Origin: Macrostomum lignano
Taxonomy: Eukaryota
Direction: 5' to 3'
Length of the DNA: 64,000 nt
Assembly: GCA_002269645.1 (NCBI GenBank)
Contig: NIVC01001740.1
Span: 1-64,000 of the forward strand
Part shown: positions 14,359-25,529 of the stretch, piece by piece
Layout: every line of letters begins with the position of its first letter
How positions within the stretch are numbered: position 1 is the first letter of the stretch
Translations under genes and position numbers: made by a program
Notes under the pieces: generated by a model
What the model was told of the DNA's origin: nothing
The model's input: only the letters and a program-made list of their open reading frames with translations
Databases searched by the model: none

Positions 14359-17300
14359 TCAATTGTGCCACTCGTCAAGGGCCGCTCTCCAGTCGCGCTT
14401 CTGTGCGATCGCAGCGCGCACCACCTTGTTGATGGAACGATTCAAACGCTCGGTGGCGCCGTTGGCCTGTGGATGTAACGGTGTGATGAGGCGCTGCCGA
14501 ATTCCGTAGCTGTCCAGGAAGCTCTTGAACTGGGCTGAAGAGAACGGTGGGCCGTTGTCAGTAACTAACGTTTGAGGGATTCCAAACCGGACGAATGAAC
14601 TCCTCAGTCGAGGGATTAGCGCCTCAGCCGTCGTGGTCTGGACAACCTCCACCTCGGGAAATCGGGAGTATTGATCGACGCAGACTAGCAGCATGCTGCC
14701 TTGAATGGGTCCTAGCAGATCCGCCCCGAGCGTCAGCCAGGCCGCCTTCGGGATGGGCCTCGGCTTTAGCGGTGATGCAGTCACGTCAGCGGCATGCGAG
14801 GTCGCCAGGCAGGCCCGGCACGTGGCTATGAAGCGCTCCGTCTCCAGTTGCATCCTTGGCCACCAGACCTTGGTGTTCAGCCGGTCCAGCGTCTTACGTA
14901 TGCACTGGTGCCCCCGGTGCGCTAGATCCAGTACAAGCCGTCGGAGCGCCACCGGGACGATGATCCGCTGGCCCCGTAGGAGCACCCCGTCCACTGCCGA
15001 CAGTTCGTGACGCAGCGCATGCAGCGACCGCAGTTCTGCTGACTCCAGGCTCCACCGCCCTGTCTCTAAGGCGCGAATCGCCGCTTGAATTGTTGCGTCC
15101 TTTTGCGAGCTCTTCTGTACGCTGGTCAGTGACAGCGCATTTGGTACGGCCGCCTGTACAACAGCGGCGATGGAAAGTGCATCCAGCTCTTCGCCCACAT
15201 TCGGTGCGGGTGTCGGCAGTGGCTGTCGGCTGAGCACGTCTGCCGGGTTGAGCGGCCCGGCTGGTACTCGACTGTGAATTTCATATGCTGAATGCGCAAT
15301 GCCATCCTTTCGATTCTCGGAGGGGGTCTCGAACTGCTGCCGAACAGAGCAACCAGTGGCTTGTGGTCGGTTTGCACCGTGAACATCGGCGCGCCGTGGA
15401 GGTAGAATTGAAACTTTAAACAGCCGAACTTCACGGCCAACGCCTCTTTCTCTGTTTGGGAATAGCGTTGCTCAACGTCCGACAGTGTCCGGCAAGCGTA
15501 TGCGATGGGCCGCCTGGTTCCGTCCGATTGTGTCTGTGACAGGATTGCACCCAGCCCCGCTGGCCCAGCGTCGACAATGAGTTGCGTCGGAAGACGATGG
15601 TTGAAAAAGGCAAGAGAGCCACTTGACGCGATTTGAGACTTGATGTCGCTGAAGGCTTGTCTTTCCAGATCGGCCCATGCCCAGGGCTGGCCCTTCCTTG
15701 TCAGGTTGCGCAGCGGCTTTGCCAGGTCCGCCAGCCTCGGGGTGAATGCGGCCAGGTAGTTGACAAGTCCCAAGAACGAGCGCACCTCCGTGACATTCGT
15801 TGGCTCTGCAAATGCATTAACTGCCTCCAGCTTTGACTCGGTTGGCCTGACTCCGTCCTTCGACAATCGCATCTCCATGAAGGTGACTTGCGTTCGTGCC
15901 AGCTTGCACTTGGCCGGGTTGAGCGTCAGTCCGTGCTGCGCCAGCCGCTGGAGGCACTCCCGCAGATTGTTGTGATGCTCCGCCACGCTGTGGCCATAGA
16001 CAATAATGTCATCGTGGATCCATTTTACTTTTGAAAGTCCAGCCAGCACGGATGACATAACAGCTTGAAGAATTTCCTGCGCCGTTGATAGCCCCATGCA
16101 GAGTCTCGTCAGCCGCCGAAGACCTCGAGGCGTTGAAAAAGTTAGAAGATGCCGGCACTCCTCTGACACAGGGATTTGATAGAATGCTTTTGCGACGTCC
16201 AACTCTGAGAACAGCGTCGCTCCTGCCATGTCGCCTGTTACCTCCTCAAAGGTCGGTATTGGGTGTCGCTCCCTGACGACAGACTTGTTTAGCTCCCTCA
16301 GATCCTGAGTGATCCTGATCTCGCCAGGAGCTTCTTTGGGGACGACGACGATACGAGAAACCCACGGGCAGGGTCCCTCCACTGGCTCAATGATGCCTTG
16401 TTCTTCTAGGTACTGGAGCTCGGCGTCCACTGCTGGGGCGAGGTGAATTGGCACTCTTGATGGTGGATGGCACACTGGTCTTGCGCCCTCTTCCAGGAAG
16501 ATGCGGGCTGCGTAGTTCTTAAGACAGCCGATTCCGTCGAAGGCCTGTGCATTTTCCTTGAGGATTTCGTCTAAAGATGGAGCACCTGGGGACTGCCGAA
16601 GGTCTTTTGGAACGCCGGCTAGCAGCCTGTCAGTCGGACACTCCGAGCGTAGCTCACACGCTGCCTTGTCTTCCGGGCCGACTCGCAGAACTCCTAGGTC
16701 TTCCGCGCTCCTGCGGCCTATTATGCAAGCACCCTTTCCGTCCAGCACCAGGAACGGAAGCGTCTCCTGGCAACCGAAAACGCTGACCTGTAGGTCGGTC
16801 TTGCCGAGCAGCTTCAGTGGCTGTTGGCTTCCATAGGGATAGACCCGATCACTGGCTGCTTGGAGCCTGGCCTTCTGTGGCATCCTTTTGAAGGCCTCCC
16901 TGTCGATGATGTTGCAGGCCGCTCAACTGTCGATAAGCAGGGTTGTCTTGAATCCGTTGACGGTGGCTTGAGTCCATGCTGATCCGCTATTTCGGAGGCT
17001 GAAAAGCTCGTGCTCAGTGGAGTTGTCCTGCAGATATTCGACTTGCCCGTAGGAGCGATCGTCCGGTTCGTTGACAGCTCTCACGGGTATTCTGGACGTT
17101 CCCCGACATGCCCGGGCGAAATGGCCAATCTTACCGCAGCGTCGACATGCCTTGTCTCTAGCAGCCTCGCACGTTCGATGACCCGGCCGTCCGCAGCGCT
17201 CGCAGCTGATGCCACCGTCCTTCATTGCAGGATCCCTTCTGAATGGCTGCGACGGTCGTGCTCGGGGTGGGCCTAGCGCTGCCACGTTCGCGGTCGTCAT

Positions 17301-17867
17301 GGCGCCGGCGCCACCTGAGCTGTTTTCTTCCATGGCCTGTGCCTGTTGCTCCGCAGCTTCCCTTGCTCGGATTCGCTTCAGTACGTCAGCTAGACAGATA
17401 TCGTTCAGCTGAAGGAGCTCCCTTCTGATCTTCTCCGATCGGTAGTGGGCGACCACCTTGTCCCTGATGAGAGAGTCCCGTAGTTCTCCGAATTCGCATT
17501 GATCCGCGGCCTTGCGCAGCCGATGGTACCACGCATCGATGGACTCCCCCTCCTCCTGTCTGCAGGTCTCGAATTGGTACCGGAGGAAGACGACGCTGTT
17601 TTTCTGGTCGAAGATCTCTTGTAGCTTTTGGATGAGCTCGTTTGTAGATTTTCCTTTTTGAACACTGTTGTCTTCCATAAAGTCTTCCAACTTCTCTCCC
17701 GCTGTGTAGACCAGCAACTCCAGCTGTTGTGTCGCATCTGTGATGCCAGCAGCGCGAATGTAGCTATTGAACCTCCGTGCCCAAGTCTTCCATCTCTGGG
17801 CTCGTGTGAGTGGATCGCTATCGATATCAAATGCATCTGGTGCAGTGAGTTGCAAAGCTTGGGCCAT
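14359..17867 (-). pseudogene. Gypsy gag-pol polyprotein, disrupted
   Basis: ATG at 17867 (MAQALQ); CERCGRPGHRTC and CRRCGKIGHFARAC knuckles; protease LIDS*AACNII with an in-frame TGA at 16923-16925; RT KWIHDDIIV; RNase H VDAGPAGLG...TDHKPL; 1-nt frameshift near 15255; integrase HRGH...CRAC, DLLGP, TDNGPPF, NGATER. Confidence 0.92.
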
Positions 17868-17934
17868 GTTTGTGTGGCTGGAACCGCGCTGGGTTAGAGA
17901 GTGATGATCAGTCAATAGTTTGCTTGCGACGCCA

Positions 17935-18122
17935 TGTAGTGACTCAGACAAAATCGGAGGGTTTGCGAGTGCACGAAGAATCTTAGAAATGGGCCGACTT
18001 GCCCTGCAAGTATATTTATATATGTGAAGAGTAAGTGCGCGTGAGTCTTACGTAATACATTGCAACACGTGACTAATAATATTTGCGCGCCAATATTGTA
18101 CATCGCACTGAACTACACTACA
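17935..18122 (-). repeat. 5' LTR of the Gypsy element (about 188 bp)
   Basis: Inverted termini TGTAGT...ACTACA, directly followed on the minus strand by TGG (PBS-like); TATA-like run at about 18011-18022. Confidence 0.75.
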
Positions 18123-18124
18123 AA

Positions 18125-18295
18125 TATGACTCTTATTGTGACTGTGAATGTGACTCTTATCGTAACTGTGACTGCGATTCTTATTGTGGCTGTGATTCTC
18201 ATTGTGACTGTGATTCTTATTGTGACTGTGAACCTTATTGTGACTATGGCTGTCACTCTTATTGTGACTCAGGATGATGTGAGTGTTTTAGTGAC
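18125..18295. repeat. GTGACTCTTATT-family minisatellite, the other half of the array interrupted by the Gypsy element
   Basis: The same unit flanks the element on the left at 14300-14358. Confidence 0.85.
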
Positions 18296-18551
18296 TATAG
18301 AGAGCTGGTTTTTGCTGTTTAAATTTGATTGGAATTCCCAATTATTGCTCATTTACCAGTTATGTCTCAATTGGTTTCTATTGTCCATCTCCAGAGCTAG
18401 CTATGTATTCAAGTTATATTTGTCCTGCTTATGATAGAGTTATCAGACCAAACTGATACAGAAAAGTCAATGTGCGCCCATCATTAGCGAATAAACAGGT
18501 GCAACCTGTCCACTTTGAGCGACAGGTAAGCAGAAGAGTTAGCTAATCCGG

Positions 18552-21203
18552 TCACTGAACGCAATGAGAGACCGGTTGGTGCTTGACGCGCTCCACACAG
18601 AATGCAGCAAAGCGTCTCAGGAATCTCGGGTACTCGCGTCTGGACACCTGCCTGATTATGGCTTTGGGCGCCCAGCCTCCAGGGTGCACCCTCGCCGAGT
18701 ACTGCATCCGGCAGCGCAGCTGACTTCGCTCTGTTGGCAGACGGCCACCCTCTGGCAGTTCGGTCTCGCAGATCAGGCTCACATTCAGCTGCATCCGCTG
18801 CCTGCCCGAGGCCAGCGGCGGCGCCCCGACCTCCGTGCTGCAGTTCACAACCATCGTCCGTTGTTCGGCGTGCCGAATGTGCGACCAGAACACCGAGTCG
18901 CGCTGAGCTGTCGGCCACAGTCGCTTGTAGATCTGGTGCAGCAGCAGGGTGTCCGAGGCCAGGGTGTCCAGCACGATCGGGGCCGAGTCCAGAGTTGGCT
19001 CCCAGTCCAGGCGGTACTGCAGGTTCCAGAACATCTCGGCCACTTCGCGAGCCGTCACCCCGGTAACCGTGTAAGTGGCAAGGACAGGATCCAGTGCGGC
19101 ATCTTAAGTGGAGGTACAGATGTACAATGTACTATTCTATTCTATTCTATTCTATTCTATTATATTCTATTCTATTATATTCTATTCTATTCTATTCTAT
19201 TCGCTATTAAGTTAAATATACGAACCGGTACATTTAAGTGCCACTAATAACTTTTTAAATTCGAGAGGTAAATCAAAATACATGTATAAAAATATTTCTT
19301 TAATAGCCAGTATTGCATAATTTTGAGGCCGACAATAACCTAATTTGTGCACAAAGGCAAAGTGTATCTTGGTGCCAGCCCATGCAATCTGATCCTGAGG
19401 AAGACTAGCCCGACTCTCTCAGCGGCACATGCGCGCACTAGCAGAGGCGCACACTGGTACAAGCGCGCACTGGCAGAGGCGCACACTGGCACAAGCGCGC
19501 ACTGACAGAGGCGCGCACTGGCAGAGGCGCGCACCGGCACAAGAGCGCACTGGCAGAGGCGCGCACTTTTGACACGCTGTGGCATAAGCGCGCTGTCAGA
19601 CTTTGGCGCAAGAGCGCATTATTTACTCTCTAAGGCACAAGCGCGCACTTCATTTGGCGACTGACTTGATAGTGTAGAAAAAATTTAATCAAAGCTGTAG
19701 TGCACAAGGGTGGTGGGTTAGGGTGTAAACAGAGGCACAGTTGGCACAATTCTAAGCATGTACACTGTCGATAGATACTGCGACTTAGATAAATAAGACG
19801 CACTCAGTCTCAGTCGCAGTTGGAGTGTTGACGCAACGGAGCCAATCGAAGGGAAAAGAATCGGCTCAGTAGTTTTTACGCACGGCGTCTACATTTATCG
19901 GAAAGATAGAGTTAGAAATGGGACAGTCAGTTATCGCTGCACTAACAAGAACTGTCCGGGACGCGCCGTCGAGAAGGATGGTGTGCTGAGACTCGACTCG
20001 TTCCATGACGACTGCATTTGCAGTGAAGACAGTCGGCGCATCAGACGGCGCACGAAGAAAGTCACTGCTGCGATCCACGCGAATTTTTTATGCCTCTAAC
20101 CTTCTGCGCATTGGTCGCATTGACAAGTTAGCATTGGTCACTTTGACGTCGCACATTGCTGATGGATTGCTGGATCATCATCTCAGCCAGACCACGACTT
20201 GCAGCCAGACATGCCGGGACACGGCCTTTAATTTTAATTTTAATTTTAATTTTAATTTTTAATTTTAATTCGATTTCCTTCGTACGAATACAATCGACTA
20301 CTTTGTGACAGACGATGGAGCAACTTGACTGCTTTTATTTATTGCATTGCCCGCTTGTGCCAAACTTTGACTGCGCGCTTATGCCAGTGCGGTCTTGTGA
20401 TGGTGCGCGCCTATGCCAATGCTGAGCACTTTCTCTTGTGCAAGTCAAAACGTGCGCGCTTATGTCTCTGCGCGCCTGTGCCAGACTTTGACATAAAATA
20501 CACAGGCGCGCTTGTGCCAGTGCGCGCTTATGATGGCGACCCCGCGCCACGACCCCTGGTTTGATTCGGTGCGCTGACACATTCATTTTGGGGTGGGGGC
20601 TTGTGCTAAAAAAATGGCCAGTAGAATACAGAAAGTTGTACATGCTTGACGATTAGAAAGTCGGGGCCGATGTACACTCTGTGTGAGCGTGTGCATGAGT
20701 GCGTGCCTGGGTACAGTATCGCCATTCAGAGTCAGCTGAATGGGCAGAATTGCCTCAGCAACGGTTGTTGGGCGATGTCCGCAGCCCTCCTGCAGTAGAT
20801 ATTATAATTATGATTTCATCTTGATGCCAACACCGAATCCCAACATGTGCCGAATAGTTGGCAACCATCGACACCATCGCGAACCTGACTGAGCCAGTCG
20901 ATGCCGGTACACCCGCAGCAGTCCGTCGGATTCCAGCAGCTCCATGCCGTCGGTGCTGGCGCCCCAGCTGTCCCAGTGCGCCCGACAGACAGCTTGAATC
21001 TCTTGGGCTAGCGGGTGGTCAAGAGACTGCAGCGGATGTTCGACAGCAGGCGGTGGTGCTGACGCACCGCTGGCATCGCCTGAATATTTACAAGGAGCTT
21101 CCAAAGCGTCGAAGAACTGATCCTTGTCGCCTGGCTCCTCCTTGGTGCTTCTGTTCTGCACTGTTTTGGATTGCTGCTTCTGGCTGGTGGCTTCTGCGCG
21201 AGT
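18552..21203 (-). CDS. Second CERT 3' module (module B): FFAT + START domain, 2 exons (21203-20885, 19102-18552)
   Basis: Acceptor TTTCACGCAG|ACT (phase 0); DKDQFFDALE FFAT-like motif; donor CAG|GTTCG (phase 1); acceptor CACTTAAG|AT; START motifs KRLWPTAQRD and HPGGWAP; stop at 18552. No frameshift or internal stop in either exon. Confidence 0.8.
19420..20545. mobile_element. Probable Mutator-like (MULE) relic with inverted subterminal repeat arms and a FLYWCH-like zinc-finger fragment
   Basis: Left arm of GGCACAAGCGCGCACT-type repeats (19420-19660) and right arm of the reverse complement (20345-20545). Plus-strand frame 19839-20099 reads GVYIYRKDRVRNGTVSYRCTNKNCPGRA...H. Exact ends and TSD were not identified. 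Confidence 0.5.
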
Positions 21204-21425
21204 CTGCGTGAAATGAAAGCGAGAGTTCGGACTGAATCTTATAGCTGCTGCATCTCTTTCTGGTGCGAGTCTTTTGGGATTGTCAATTCCCTAAATTGAA
21301 GTTTGTATCCTATGCCTTTTCTGTGGGTTCTTCTGTCTCATTTTGATCTCTTGTCTGTTTCTCCTTTAGTAAGGTCTGCTTAGTGTCTCTTCAGTGGGTC
21401 TGCTGTCTTTTGTGTGTCTTTTGTG

Positions 21426-23353
21426 ATCGCCGATCTGGGATCTCCGATCTGGGATCGCCGATCTGGGATCTCCGATCTGGGATCTCCGATCTGGGATCTC
21501 CGATCTGGGATCTCCGATCTGGGATCTCCGATCTGGGATCTCCGATCTGGGATCTCCGATCTGGGATCTCCGATCTGGGATCTCCGATCTGGGATCTCCG
21601 ATCTGGGATCTCCGATCTGGGATCTCCGATCTGGGATCTCCGATCTGGGATCTCCGATCTGGGATCTCCGATCTGGGATCTCCGATCTGGGATCTCCGAT
21701 CTGGGATCTCCGATCTGGGATCTCCGATCTGGGATCTCCGATCTGGGATCTCCGATCTGGGATCTCCGATCTGGGATCTCCGATCTGGGATCTCCGATCT
21801 GGGATCTCCGATCTGGGATCTCCGATCTGGGATCTCCGATCTGGGATCTCCGATCTGGGATCTCCGATCTGGGATCTCCGATCTGGGATCTCCGATCTGG
21901 GATCTCCGATCTGGGATCTCCGATCTGGGATCTCCGATCTGGGATCTCCGATCTGGGATCTCCGATCTGGGATCTCCGATCTGGGATCTCCGATCTGGGA
22001 TCTCCGATCTGGGATCGCCGATCTGGGATCTCCGATCTGGGATCTCCGATCTGGGATCTCCGATCTGGGATCTCCGATCTGGGATCTCCGATCTGGGATC
22101 TCGATCCGATTTGGGATCTCCGATCTGGGATCTCCGATCTGGGATCTCCGATCTGGGATCTCCGATCTGGGATCTCCGATCTGGGATCTCCGATCTGGGA
22201 TCTCCGATCTGGGATCTCCGATCTGGGATCTCCGATCTGGGATCTCGATCCGATCTGGGATCTCCGATCTGGGATCTCCGATCTGGGATCTCCGATCTGG
22301 GATCTCGATCCGATCTGGGATCTCCGATCTGGGATCTCGATCCGATCTGGGATCTCCGATCTGGGATCTCCGATCTGGGATCTCCGATCTGGGATCTCCG
22401 ATCTGGGATCTCCGATCTGGGATCTCCGATCTGGGATCTCCGATCTGGGATCTCCGATCTGGGATCTCCGATCTGGGATCTCCGATCTGGGATCTCCGAT
22501 CTGGGATCTCCGATCTGGGATCTCCGATCTGGGATCTCCGATCTGGGATCTCCGATCTGGGATCTCCGATCTGGGATCTCCGATCTGGGATCCCCGATCT
22601 GGGATCTCCGATCTGGGATCTCCGATCTGGGATCTCCGATCTGGGATCTCCGATCTGGGATCTCCGATCTGGGATCGCCGATCTGGGATCTCCGATCTGG
22701 GATCTCCGATCTGGGATCTCCGATCTGGGATCTCGATCCGATTTGGGATCTCCGATCTGGGATCTCCGATCTGGGATCTCCGATCTGGGATCTCCGATCT
22801 GGGATCTCCGATCTGGGATCTCCGATCTGGGATCTCCGATCTGGGATCTCCGATCTGGGATCTCGATCCGATCTGGGATCTCCGATCTGGGATCTCCGAT
22901 CTGGGATCTCCGATCTGGGATCTCCGATCTGGGATCTCCGATCTGGGATCTCCGATCTGGGATCTCCGATCTGGGATCTCCGATCTGGGATCTCCGATCT
23001 GGGATCTCCGATCTGGGATCTCCGATCTGGGATCTCCGATCTGGGATCTCCGATCTGGGATCTCCGATCTGGGATCTCCGATCTGGGATCTCCGATCTGG
23101 GATCTCGATCCGATTTGGGATCTCCGATCTGGGATCTCCGATCTGGGATCTCCGATCTGGGATCTCCGATCTGGGATCTCCGATCTGGGATCTCCGATCT
23201 GGGATCTCCGATCTGGGATCTCCGATCTGGGATCTCCGATCTGGGATCTCCGATCTGGGATCTCCGATCTGGGATCTCCGATCTGGGATCTCCGATCTGG
23301 GATCTCCGATCTGGGATCTCGATCCGATCTGGGATCTCCGATCTGGGATCTCC
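21426..23353. repeat. 14-bp minisatellite (GATCTCCGATCTGG), about 138 units
   Basis: Very homogeneous array with occasional 11-bp GATCTCGATCC variants; source of the 400-700 aa spurious ORFs. Confidence 0.98.
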
Positions 23354-23928
23354 GAGTTATTAAAGTGGAATAGGGTCGCCAATCTTCAGGAATAAACATA
23401 TTTGTACTCACCACAAAAAAATTGGAACCAGCTGACTCGGTAGCTTCACTTCCATGCTTCTGCACTTTCTCCATGAGAACTTGGCTCAGGGTCAAAGTGT
23501 AGTTCGATTTTCGATAAAAAAACTATTAAGTTTATTTCAACATATGCTACGAGCGTAGTTTAGCCATATGTTTATATAGGGGCATTCTTTAGTCTATGGC
23601 ATCTCTGGCAGTTTCGATGGACGCACAAATATAGGATGGAATTCAGATCTGTCACTTTTCACCATAGACTAAATTTCGGAACCAATTTAAATCGAGATTT
23701 CGCCGGAATCTTAAAGCAGTATTTTTATTAGTTGAGCATCAGAACCGTGAATTCAAAATTAATCACGAGCAGCATGTAGGACATTGTACTTTGTTTATGT
23801 ACTTTGACACTTACAGTAATTATTGCTACTTTAAAGAAACACAACGATTTCTATAGTCCTCTTCCAATTGTGTCGATGCTGCCATTCTCCAGAGTATAAG
23901 CATTCGAAATCCTTCAGTGACCCACAGC

Positions 23929-24329
23929 CAGCGGAGTCGCTATGGAAATCAATAATTTTGCCGCAGGGCGCCAATAAATAGTGCCTGCGGCGCTAGAATG
24001 AGTGCCTGCGGCGCTAGAATGAGTGCCTGTGGCGCTAGAATGAGTGCCTGCGGCGCTAGAATGAGTGCCTGCGGCGCTAGAATGAGTGCCTGCGGCGCTA
24101 GAATGAGTGCCTGTGGCGCTAGAATGAGTGCCTGCGGCGCTAGAATGAGTGCCTGCGGCGCTAGAATGAGTGCCTGCGGCGCTAGAATGAGTGCTCGAGG
24201 CACCAAAATGAGTGCTGACAACACCGATTCTGAAAAATAATGTACATGTAAGAATTTAGTCGTGTGCATGTACATGTATAATTATTGGCTTTGTCCCTCC
24301 CACCATAAAATCCATGGAGACGACCCCTG
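23929..24329 (-). mobile_element. hAT-like MITE of the same family as 1145-1976, in reverse orientation
   Basis: 8-bp TSD CCCACAGC at 23921-23928 and 24330-24337. The right end reverse-complements to CAGGGGTCGTCTCCATGGA...GGGACAAAGCC, matching the 1145 end. Internal 21-bp array TGAGTGCCTGCGGCGCTAGAA, about 10 units. Confidence 0.8.
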
Positions 24330-24605
24330 CCCACAGCTGCACAAGCCTCAGACCTTCACTGACCCACAGCTGCACAAGCCACAGACCTTCACTGACCCAT
24401 AGCTGCACAAGCCACAGACCTTCACTGACCCACAGCTGCACAAGCCACAGACCTTCACTGACCCACAGCTGCACAAGCCACAGACCTTCACTGACCCACA
24501 GCTGCACAAGCCACAGACCTTCACTGACCCACAGCTGCACAAGCCACAGACCTTCACTGACCCACAGCTGCACAAGTCTGAGTGTTTCAGTGACCCACAG
24601 CTGCA
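24330..24605. repeat. 33-bp minisatellite (CCCACAGCTGCACAAGCCACAGACCTTCACTGA), about 8 units
   Basis: Tandem array read directly. Confidence 0.95.
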
Positions 24606-25529
24606 CGAACATATGATTTTTTTAAAATCAAGACATACTCACCGTGACAACATGACAATTTGTACAAGACTTTAATCTACATTCATGATTGACACAAATT
24701 TTTTGTCAGTATAATTGTACTTTTCCTGTGAATTGATATATTGAAAGGCCATTAAAACAAAAAAAACTTATTAACACAGATATTGTTACACACAACACGC
24801 AGTGACTCAGTGTGCGAGGTGGCAGCAAATTCCTTGCCTAATAAAGATGAAATTAAAAAAAAGCAAATATAAAGTTTTACTAATCAGCTACAAGGACGCG
24901 GCAGATTGTTGGTCTGCTGCTTTGGAATCTTTAATGAATAAAAAATGAATAGAAAAAATATCGATAGTAATGAATTAATGTGGGTGACATAGAAAAATGC
25001 TATAAAATTTCTTAGAGAAACATCCGCTTTTAATATCGAATGATTTAAAATCTGTGTAGCGGCGTTGCTTTTGTTGCATAGAAAAAGGAATGTTTTGACC
25101 AATTTGAACAAAATTATCAAACTTTACGAGCGACGGAGATTTTCAGAAATTTAGAAATTTAGAAAGAAAAGCAAACTAGACCAACGAATCTGCTTCTGAA
25201 GCTTCTATTGGTAAATGTTTAATAATCAGTAGAAAGGCAGTAAAAGACAGATAAATAAAAGTCTGAATTTTAAACGATTTTTCTAAAAAGTAAAATAAAA
25301 CTGCCGTTTAGCGGCATTTTAATTTTTTGACATTTTAAAAATACGTACTAGTAACAGCCAAGTTGTTAAAAATGACGATTTTTTAAGACACCAAAGATTT
25401 AAACGAAACCAGCTCACTGCACAACCATAACACCCAAATTACTGTAGGCTTGCATCCCCCGTCGAGCGATTTAACATTTAAAGATAAGCTACAGCTCCCC
25501 CACCACTGAGTGAGCCACTAAGTAATTCA

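Larger units (their letters stand above)
14359..18122 (-). mobile_element. Ty3/Gypsy LTR retrotransposon (Mag-like), 3'-truncated
   Basis: 5' LTR, PBS-like TGGCGTCGC, gag with two zinc knuckles, then protease, RT, RNase H and integrase in Gypsy order. It ends inside the integrase; no 3' LTR is seen. Confidence 0.93.

Noticed and set aside
21366-23495. Several 400-700 aa ORFs on both strands
   Set aside because: Translations of the stop-free 14-bp array; no splice or domain support.
23589-23672. 11-bp inverted repeat TTAGTCTATGG / CCATAGACTAA
   Set aside because: Too short to call an element without other copies or a TSD.
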